A DNA stretch of 16,783 nucleotides. It comes from Acidaminobacteraceae bacterium (GTDB lineage: Bacteria; Bacillota; Clostridia; Peptostreptococcales; Acidaminobacteraceae). A program made the translations under genes and the position numbers. This document shows positions 1 through 5,996 of the stretch, one piece after another (positions within the stretch are counted from its first letter, which is position 1; each line of letters starts with the position of its first letter). Below the pieces are notes generated by a model. The model saw nothing but the letters and a program-made list of their open reading frames with translations, searched no databases and was not told the DNA's origin. Location: contig JBHAZV010000031.1 in the NCBI GenBank assembly GCA_041781135.1, positions 1 to 16,783 on the forward strand, in the 5' to 3' direction.

Positions 1-116
1 CCCGATGCGCCGCCGTTCTCCGATTGACCCTCGCCCGAACCGCAGCCCGCCATCGCAAACATTGCGATCACAAGTATACAAACAAAAACTATACCTAAAA
101 CATACCTTCTCTTCAT
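1..116 (-). CDS. lipoprotein precursor, N-terminal fragment (continues beyond left edge)
   Basis: The reverse complement from ATG at 116 reads MKRRYVLGIVFVCILVIAMFAMAGCGSGEGQSENGGASG. It has a basic n-region, a hydrophobic h-region and a lipobox-like M-A-G-C followed by a Gly/Ser-rich linker. SD AGGGGGA lies 4 nt upstream (rc of 121-127). Confidence 0.55.
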   Translation of the reverse strand, partial: MKRRYVLGIVFVCILVIAMFAMAGCGSGEGQSENGGAS

Positions 117-155
117 AAAATCCCCCTTGCTTTATCCGCTCCCGGCAATTCTATG

Positions 156-206
156 ATTATATTAACACAAATCAAACATTAATAACTTGACTTCCTAAAT
201 TGTCAA
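156..206 (-). promoter_or_regulatory. candidate promoter(s) of the lipoprotein gene
   Basis: On the minus strand, TTGACA (rc of 201-206), a 17-nt spacer and ATTAAT (rc of 178-183) form one candidate. A separate perfect TATAAT (rc of 156-161) has no good -35. It is unclear which is used. Confidence 0.3.
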
Positions 207-209
207 GTT
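184..209. repeat. perfect 8-bp inverted repeat AACTTGAC-N10-GTCAAGTT overlapping the -35 candidate
   Basis: Read directly: 184-191 aacttgac, 202-209 gtcaagtt. The function (operator or hairpin) is unknown. Confidence 0.8.
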
Positions 210-244
210 TTGCCAGCAGCTCGAATCCCAATGTTTCTGCAAAA

Positions 245-274
245 CAAAAAAACATCCATTCAAGGATGTTTTTT
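245..274 (-). terminator. rho-independent terminator of the tRNA operon (potentially bidirectional)
   Basis: The minus strand reads GAAAAAACATCC-TTGAAT-GGATGTTTTTTTGTTTT. The core stem is ACATCC/GGATGT, extended by A:U pairs, with a T-run downstream. It lies 24 nt after the last tRNA. Confidence 0.6.
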
Positions 275-297
275 CGTAAGGGATTCGGATACCCTTG

Positions 298-375
298 GTG
301 GCGCATCCGAAGGGACTCGAACCCCTAACACCCGCCTTAGAAGGGCGGTGCTCTATCCAGTTGAGCTACGGACGC
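298..375 (-). tRNA. tRNA-Arg (anticodon TCT)
   Basis: The reverse complement is GCGTCCGTAGCTCAAACTGGATAGAGCACCGCCCTTCTAAGGCGGGTGTTAGGGGTTCGAGTCCCTTCGGATGCGCCA. Acceptor GCGTCCG/CGGATGC, anticodon loop CTTCTAA, T-loop TTCGAGT, CCA encoded. Confidence 0.9.
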
Positions 376-377
376 AT

Positions 378-452
378 TGGAGCAGAAGACGGGATTTGAA
401 CCCGCGGCCCTCGCCTTGGCAAGGCGATGCTCTACCACTGAGCCACTTCTGC
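378..452 (-). tRNA. tRNA-Gly (anticodon GCC)
   Basis: The reverse complement is GCAGAAGTGGCTCAGTGGTAGAGCATCGCCTTGCCAAGGCGAGGGCCGCGGGTTCAAATCCCGTCTTCTGCTCCA. Acceptor GCAGAAG/CTTCTGC, anticodon loop TTGCCAA, CCA encoded. Confidence 0.9.
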
Positions 453-456
453 ATAC

Positions 457-542
<86 letters not shown>

Positions 543-552
543 ATAGCAAAAA

Positions 553-628
<76 letters not shown>

Positions 629-632
629 ATAT

Positions 633-709
633 TGGCGATCTGGATGGGACTCGAACCCACGACCTCTAGCGTGACAGGCTAGCGTTCTAACCAGCTGAAC
701 TACCAGACC
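633..709 (-). tRNA. tRNA-Asp (anticodon GTC)
   Basis: The reverse complement is GGTCTGGTAGTTCAGCTGGTTAGAACGCTAGCCTGTCACGCTAGAGGTCGTGGGTTCGAGTCCCATCCAGATCGCCA. Anticodon loop CTGTCAC, CCA encoded. Confidence 0.9.
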
Positions 710-711
710 AA

Positions 712-787
712 TGGTGGGAGTAACAGGGCTCGAACCTATGACCCCCTGCTTGTAAGGCAGATGCTCTACCAACTGAGCTATACTCCC
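712..787 (-). tRNA. tRNA-Val (anticodon TAC)
   Basis: The reverse complement is GGGAGTATAGCTCAGTTGGTAGAGCATCTGCCTTACAAGCAGGGGGTCATAGGTTCGAGCCCTGTTACTCCCACCA. Anticodon loop CTTACAA, CCA encoded. Confidence 0.9.
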
Positions 788-791
788 ATAA

Positions 792-866
792 TGGTGACCC
801 CTAGGAGAATCGAACTCCTGTTACCGCCGTGAAAGGGCGATGTCTTAACCGCTTGACCAAGGGGCC
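792..866 (-). tRNA. tRNA-Glu (anticodon TTC)
   Basis: The reverse complement is GGCCCCTTGGTCAAGCGGTTAAGACATCGCCCTTTCACGGCGGTAACAGGAGTTCGATTCTCCTAGGGGTCACCA. Anticodon loop CTTTCAC, CCA encoded. Confidence 0.9.
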
Positions 867-947
867 GTATTGAATTTTCAAAGTCCGTGCACATTATCCG
901 AACCCCGCCTCCGGGGGACTCGCCGGGAAACTGCACCGAAGAATCAG

Positions 948-1022
948 TGGCTCCAAGGGAGGGATTCGAACCCTCAACCTATCGGTTAACAGCCGAGTGC
1001 TCCACCGTTGAGCTACCTTGGA
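948..1022 (-). tRNA. tRNA-Asn (anticodon GTT)
   Basis: The reverse complement is TCCAAGGTAGCTCAACGGTGGAGCACTCGGCTGTTAACCGATAGGTTGAGGGTTCGAATCCCTCCCTTGGAGCCA. Acceptor TCCAAGG/CCTTGGA, anticodon loop CTGTTAA, CCA encoded. Confidence 0.9.
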
Positions 1023-1050
1023 ATAAATGCGTTTTTAGACTACGCTCAAT

Positions 1051-1079
1051 ATACTAATACATAACACAAAGTATGTCAA
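1051..1079 (-). promoter_or_regulatory. candidate sigma-A promoter of the tRNA operon
   Basis: On the minus strand, TTGACA (rc of 1074-1079), a 17-nt spacer and TAGTAT (rc of 1051-1056). The predicted start is about 20 nt upstream of tRNA-Asn. Confidence 0.45.
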
Positions 1080-1083
1080 GCAC

Positions 1084-1109
1084 TTTTTTCAACTTTTTTC
1101 AGTTTTTTT
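1084..1109 (-). promoter_or_regulatory. phased A-tracts (UP-element-like) directly upstream of the tRNA promoter -35
   Basis: The plus strand has T6 at 1084-1089, T6 at 1094-1099 and T7 at 1103-1109. These are A-tracts on the transcribed-sense strand, with a repeat of about 10 bp, occupying roughly -41 to -66 relative to the candidate promoter. Confidence 0.4.
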
Positions 1110-1149
1110 CGGTTTCTCTCAAGCCATTGATATTGCAAAGTTTATACGC

Positions 1150-2229
1150 CTAAATATATGCCTGCTCCTGTGCGGAATACATAAATGAACGATAATCGGC
1201 GTGCCTGATCGGATCGAATTTGCTCGCACCGACCAGCAGCCTCGCAACATTGGGATCATTTATTGCGGACACCTTGTTCCTGTACTCCTTAATAAAATCT
1301 TCCTTCTGCTGTATTGCCCTGTATTCTTCGCAATTTTCAAGCACAAACAGCAGCGTGTTCTGCCTGAGTTTAATAATCACCGCGCCGTCTAAAGTGTTTC
1401 GAGCGACGCCTAAAACAACATCCATTATTTGACTTCCGCGCCTGCTTCCGTACTTTTTCACAAACTCATCATAGTAAGGAAATTCCGCATATATAAGACT
1501 CAACGGCTTTTTGCTGATTTTAGCGTTTGCAACCAGTTCAACAATTGTTTTCCAGTTTCGCTGACCCATCTCTCTCGTGTACAGTATTCTATGCTTATTC
1601 ATCGTAAACATCAACCACACGAACACTCCGATTACAAAAATCAGCTGGATTATCTGCAAGACGGCAATTCCTGCGCCTTCTATGAGCGCAACCTTCGTTC
1701 CGGTGACAATTTGAAGTCTGAGATATACAAATAACACAAGAAACAGCAAGCTGTTAAGGACGTAAAGACTGCTCTGAATATCCTTAATATACTCAAAATA
1801 CTTAACAAGCGCCCTAAGCGCCCTGTGAACAAGATAAATAAGCAGACAAGCCACAATCGCAAGCACGGCTACATACAGCAAATTATCCGTTTTGAACGCC
1901 ATTCTGTAATCGACAATCTGCCTGTTTACATAAATCAGCAGATTTGTAGAAAACATCGCGGAAATATAGTGTATTGCAAACATAATAAAAATATATATCG
2001 CAGTCGCATAATATTTTACCTTAAATACCGAAACATAAACAGCCGCTATTATTGTATAGTACACAATCGCGTTCAGCGGATCGGACACATGCACAAATGT
2101 ATTCACAAGCATTAGCACCACAAAAGTAAACGCGAGCTTCGCTATATTGCGCTGCCCAAGCCCCGAAAACGCGCTGAACATATAGAGATAAACTCCCGAA
2201 CCCACTATGCTGGAAAATACGCTTGCCAT
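1150..2229 (-). CDS. polytopic membrane protein (about 6-7 TM) with C-terminal degenerate GGDEF-like domain
   Basis: 359-aa ORF with ATG at 2229 and SD GAGGT 4 nt upstream. The first ~210 aa are hydrophobic helices. The last ~140 aa align by eye to a GGDEF fold: PLSLIYAEFPYYDEFVKKYGSRRGSQIMDVVLGVARNTL ... IIKLRQNTLLFVL ... LLVGASKF ... ADYRSFMYSAQEQ. RQNTL stands in place of GG(D/E)EF. Confidence 0.6.
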   Translation of the reverse strand: MASVFSSIVGSGVYLYMFSAFSGLGQRNIAKLAFTFVVLMLVNTFVHVSDPLNAIVYYTIIAAVYVSVFKVKYYATAIYIFIMFAIHYISAMFSTNLLIYVNRQIVDYRMAFKTDNLLYVAVLAIVACLLIYLVHRALRALVKYFEYIKDIQSSLYVLNSLLFLVLFVYLRLQIVTGTKVALIEGAGIAVLQIIQLIFVIGVFVWLMFTMNKHRILYTREMGQRNWKTIVELVANAKISKKPLSLIYAEFPYYDEFVKKYGSRRGSQIMDVVLGVARNTLDGAVIIKLRQNTLLFVLENCEEYRAIQQKEDFIKEYRNKVSAINDPNVARLLVGASKFDPIRHADYRSFMYSAQEQAYI

Positions 2230-2231
2230 AA

Positions 2232-3911
2232 TTACCTCACATTTTTGCCTTTCTTTTCATTTGCAAGCCTCAGCATCTCTTCAGAATGCTGAAGCGCCAT
2301 ATCGCTCTGTTCCTTGCCGCCGACGAGCCGGGCAATCTCAAACTTTCTGCCGTTGGCATCCAACGCACGAACATCAGTCACAGTCCGCTTATCGTCGCTG
2401 CTCTTCTCTATAAGTATATGATTATCCGCAAAAACTGCAATCTGCGGCAGATGTGTAATACATACAAGCTGAACGCTCTGCGAAAGCGCCGAAAGCTTTT
2501 CTCCGACAACAGATGCCGTTATGCCGCTGATACCCGCATCCACTTCGTCGAAGAGCATTGTCCCTTTTCCGCCTATTATAACTTGAATCGCGAGCATTAT
2601 TCGGGAAAGCTCGCCGCCGGATACTACTTTTTTTATACTTCGGAGCTCTCTGCCAACCGCAGTCGCAATTTTTATGTCCACTTCATCGGAACCCGAAAGC
2701 GAAGGGGAAGACTCCGAAAACTCGATTTCGAGCGCCGCCTCCGGCATATTTAGTTCCGCAAGCTGTCTGCATATTTCTTTTTCGAGCTTCTTTGCCGCGG
2801 TTTTTCTATGCGCGCTCAGCTCCGCCGCCGCAGCAGCATATTCTTTTCTTGCCGAATCTGCGCTGCACCGGGCTTTTTCAAGAGAAAATTCAAGATTATC
2901 GATAATATCTATCTCTTTTCTTAAAATTTCCGCCGAGAGGAGCACCGACGAAATACTGCCGCCATGCTTGTGCTTAAGGCCGTTGACCTTATCGAGCCGT
3001 TTTTCTATCTCGTAAATACGCTGATCGTCAAAATCCATATTTTCTGCAAATTTCGAAGTTGCTCTCGAAAAATCAGATATTGCATTTTCAAGCTGCACAG
3101 CATGCTCATAAAGTCCGCCCGCCTCCGGCGAAAGATGCGAAACCTTCCGCAGTGCGCGGGCAACTTCTGAAATTCCCTGAGCTGCAGATGATTCGCCATC
3201 GTTGAGCCAGACGCCCGCAAGCGTGACGGCATCTTTGATACTCTCTGCAGACATCAGATATTCATATTCACGCTCCAGCTCCTCGTCTTCGCCGTCGACG
3301 AGCCTTACGGCATCTATCTCTTCGAGCTGAAATCGCATAAATTCGAGTTTGCTCACGCTGTCGTTAGACTTTGCTCGAAGCTCATTCAAATGCGCTTCGG
3401 CAGCTCTGAACTCTCTATAAAGTCCTCCGATTTTTTCCTTGACATCACAGCAGGAATAACTGTCAATAATTCCTAATTGATAATCGCTGCTAAAGAGCTC
3501 AAGCTGCTCATTTTGTCCGTGTATTCTAAAAAGAAGCTCTGAAAACTTCCTAAGAGTCTGTGCAGGCACCTGCTGACGATTCACTCTAGCAACGGAACGT
3601 CCGTCGCTGCGGATTTCCCGCGTCAAAATCAGGGTATCGCCTGCATCGAGATCTATGCCTTGTTCCTTTGCCAGTCCGGCTACCTGTTCAAAACAAGCGG
3701 AGGGATCGAACACAGCATTTATAATCGCCCGATCTGCGCCGGGATAAACATCGCCGCCGCTCGACTTCTTGCCAAGCAAAAGCTCGAGCGCTCCAACCAG
3801 CATTGACTTGCCCGCGCCTGTTTCGCCGGTAAGCACATTAAGACCGGATGTGAACTCTATTGATGCATCTTCAATAAGTATATAATCCTTAATGCTCAGT
3901 TCTAAAAGCAT
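2232..3911 (-). CDS. recN: DNA repair protein RecN
   Basis: 559 aa. N-terminus MLLELSIKDYILIEDASIEFTSGLNVLTGETGAGKSMLVGAL (Walker A), long coiled-coil middle, SMC signature SGGELSRIMLAI, Walker B MLFDEVDAGI. SD GGGAGGG upstream of ATG 3911. Confidence 0.95.
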   Translation of the reverse strand: MLLELSIKDYILIEDASIEFTSGLNVLTGETGAGKSMLVGALELLLGKKSSGGDVYPGADRAIINAVFDPSACFEQVAGLAKEQGIDLDAGDTLILTREIRSDGRSVARVNRQQVPAQTLRKFSELLFRIHGQNEQLELFSSDYQLGIIDSYSCCDVKEKIGGLYREFRAAEAHLNELRAKSNDSVSKLEFMRFQLEEIDAVRLVDGEDEELEREYEYLMSAESIKDAVTLAGVWLNDGESSAAQGISEVARALRKVSHLSPEAGGLYEHAVQLENAISDFSRATSKFAENMDFDDQRIYEIEKRLDKVNGLKHKHGGSISSVLLSAEILRKEIDIIDNLEFSLEKARCSADSARKEYAAAAAELSAHRKTAAKKLEKEICRQLAELNMPEAALEIEFSESSPSLSGSDEVDIKIATAVGRELRSIKKVVSGGELSRIMLAIQVIIGGKGTMLFDEVDAGISGITASVVGEKLSALSQSVQLVCITHLPQIAVFADNHILIEKSSDDKRTVTDVRALDANGRKFEIARLVGGKEQSDMALQHSEEMLRLANEKKGKNVR

Positions 3912-3925
3912 AACCCTCCCAAAAC

Positions 3926-3934
3926 ATTATATCA
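3926..3934 (-). promoter_or_regulatory. possible extended -10 element (TGATATAAT) upstream of recN
   Basis: The reverse complement of 3926-3934 is TGATATAAT. There is no convincing -35 (TGTTAA at 17 nt). It lies only ~15 nt from the recN ATG, so the transcript would barely include the SD, which makes it doubtful. Confidence 0.25.
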
Positions 3935-4035
3935 AAAACACACGGACATTAACAGTCATGCAGATTGCCATTGCAAACGCAATGTCTTGCAAAAATGCCT
4001 GCAGCGTGTTGCGCAAAAGCTCCGCGCTCAGTGAT

Positions 4036-4548
4036 TTAAGCAAACAATATGCCAAGCACCGCAAATATTGCAAGATAGGCTCCGATGCTCAACTTTGCTG
4101 AAAATGTAAGCAAAAGCGCCAAAGAAAACATCAGCAGCTTAACCGGCACAAAACCTACGCTTACACCAAACAAAATATATATTGCGTATATCATAAGCGC
4201 AAGCACCGCCGCCTTCATTGCTTCCATCACCGCTTTGACCGCGCCGGACTCCCTGTGCAGAGATAAAAAATTTGATAATGCAACAGAAAGAACGAATCCG
4301 GGCAAGACTATGACAATCGACGCAATGACGCCTCCCGCCACCCACGCCTCCTCATACCCTGCAAATGTCGCCATATTAATTGCAATTGGCCCGGGAGTAG
4401 ACTGCGAAATAGCAATAAAATCCGAAAACTGCGCCTCTGTAAACCATTGATTTTTTGTAACAATTTCCAGAAAAAGAGGTATCATAGCCATACCGCCTCC
4501 GAAGGTGAATAATCCTAAGACAAAAAATTCAGCGACGACTGTCCACAT
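4036..4548 (-). CDS. chromate transporter family (CHR) protein, second half-size subunit
   Basis: 170 aa. FTFGGGMAMIPLFLEIVTKNQWFTEAQFSDFIAISQSTPGPIAINMATFAGY is the typical CHR-domain signature. SD GAGGTGG upstream of ATG 4548. It overlaps the upstream partner by 20 nt. Confidence 0.85.
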   Translation of the reverse strand: MWTVVAEFFVLGLFTFGGGMAMIPLFLEIVTKNQWFTEAQFSDFIAISQSTPGPIAINMATFAGYEEAWVAGGVIASIVIVLPGFVLSVALSNFLSLHRESGAVKAVMEAMKAAVLALMIYAIYILFGVSVGFVPVKLLMFSLALLLTFSAKLSIGAYLAIFAVLGILFA

Positions 4549-5170
4549 ACTTCCACCTCAAAAAACCTGCAAATGCCGCACAAGCCATTATAACCGGCGC
4601 GGGAATAATATGAAACACCGTTAAAACCAACGCACACACAAACACATAAAGAGCGAAATGCCTTTTTATGGAGCTGCGCCAAAGCTCGTACGCGCTTCTG
4701 ACTAAAAGCGCCAAAACGCCTATCCTGACTCCTGCAAACGCTTTGGCAATCGCTTCAACTCCCTCAAGGCGTTCAAAAATCATTGCTATAATGGTGATTA
4801 TTATAATGGACGGCGTTATTACGCCAATAACGCCCGCAACAGCTCCAAGAATTCCGCGCTTCTGGTAGCCGAGTATAGCAGAGGTATTGGCCGCTATAAC
4901 TCCCGGAAGCGCCTGAGCAACAGCAAAAGCCTCGGTAATCTGGCTCATGGAATAAATTGCGCTTAGAGCTTTCTGCGCCACCGGTATCATCGCATACGCC
5001 CCGCCTATGGTAAAAAGTCCAACATTAAAAAACGCTCCATATAGCACAGCGAGTCCAATTCGTTCCGCATTTTTAGCGCTGCAGAGCGCATCATTTTCGC
5101 CGCTATGGCTTACGCCGTTACAGTGCAATTCGCCGTCGTATCGCGCACCGTTTTCTCCATCCTGCAGCAT
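4529..5170 (-). CDS. chromate transporter family (CHR) protein, first half-size subunit
   Basis: CHR signature FTIGGAYAMIPVAQKALSAIYSMSQITEAFAVAQALPGVIAANTSAILGY. I prefer ATG 5170 as the start because SD GGGAGA lies 7 nt upstream. The ORF-track start, ATG 5224, has no SD and lies inside tlyA. Even from 5170 there is a ~40-aa non-conserved N-terminal extension. Confidence 0.8.
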   Translation of the reverse strand: MLQDGENGARYDGELHCNGVSHSGENDALCSAKNAERIGLAVLYGAFFNVGLFTIGGAYAMIPVAQKALSAIYSMSQITEAFAVAQALPGVIAANTSAILGYQKRGILGAVAGVIGVITPSIIIITIIAMIFERLEGVEAIAKAFAGVRIGVLALLVRSAYELWRSSIKRHFALYVFVCALVLTVFHIIPAPVIMACAAFAGFLRWKYVDSRR

Positions 5171-5207
5171 ACCTGTATCTCCCGAAGATAAATGTACGGC
5201 TGCACTT

Positions 5208-5996
5208 TCAATTTTTCTGTTCATTTACAAAATATGTTAAATACTCAATATTTCCGCTGCCTCCGCTGACCGGCGATTCAATTACGCCTACAAAACCAAG
5301 TCCGGCCGATTTTGCAGCCGACACAACTTTGTTTACAGCCTGCTTTCGCTCCGAATCACTCTTTACTACCCCATTTTTCAGTCTGCGGCGCGATTCTGAT
5401 TCAAACTGCGGTTTTACGAGCAAAATAATGTCCGCACCCGGAGCAGCAAGTTCTTTAATCGCTCCGACAATCTTTGTCGCCGAAATAAACGAAACATCGC
5501 ATGTTATAAAGTCGGCTCCGCTGTTTTTAGAATACTTCTCTGAATTTTTCGCTATAAGTTCAATAAAATCGAGATTCCTTATACTTCGTACATCAGTTTT
5601 TTCAAGTGATACAACTCGTCTATCCGCTTTCAGGCGATCCGCAAGCTGATTTTGTCCCACGTCCACGGCAAAGACCAAATCCGCACCGTGTTCAATAAGC
5701 ACCTGTGTAAAACCTCCGGTAGAAGCGCCTATATCAAGGCACACCCCGCGCGGCTGCAGTCCCCAGTACTCCAGCGCTCTGCGCAGCTTCAACGCACCTC
5801 TGCCAACGCTGTCCGCCAAATTTTCATACTCCTCAAGAATTTCGATTTTGTCCGACGCGCAAACCTCATATCCTGATTTTGTACGAAGCTCTCCGTTTAC
5901 AACCACAGCACCCGCTTTTATCAGCTGTTGCGCCTTGCTCCTTGTGGCAGCGAGTCCTCTTTCTACCAGTTCGAGGTCCAGCCTACTCTGCGCCAT
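5208..5996 (-). CDS. tlyA: TlyA-family rRNA 2'-O-methyltransferase (S4 domain + FtsJ-like MTase)
   Basis: RLDLELVERGLAATRSKAQQLIKAGAVVVNG is S4-like. CLDIGASTGGFTQVLIEHGADLVFAVDVGQNQL is the SAM-binding motif. The ORF-track start at 6005 is GTG with no SD, whereas ATG 5996 is preceded by GGTGGAG. It sits in the conserved position after dxs. Confidence 0.9.
   Translation of the reverse strand: MAQSRLDLELVERGLAATRSKAQQLIKAGAVVVNGELRTKSGYEVCASDKIEILEEYENLADSVGRGALKLRRALEYWGLQPRGVCLDIGASTGGFTQVLIEHGADLVFAVDVGQNQLADRLKADRRVVSLEKTDVRSIRNLDFIELIAKNSEKYSKNSGADFITCDVSFISATKIVGAIKELAAPGADIILLVKPQFESESRRRLKNGVVKSDSERKQAVNKVVSAAKSAGLGFVGVIESPVSGGSGNIEYLTYFVNEQKN

Noticed and set aside
5171-5224. An 18-codon longer version of the first CHR gene starting at ATG 5224
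   Set aside because: This ATG lies inside the tlyA coding end with no SD, whereas ATG 5170 has GGGAGA at the ideal distance. I kept it as an alternative only.
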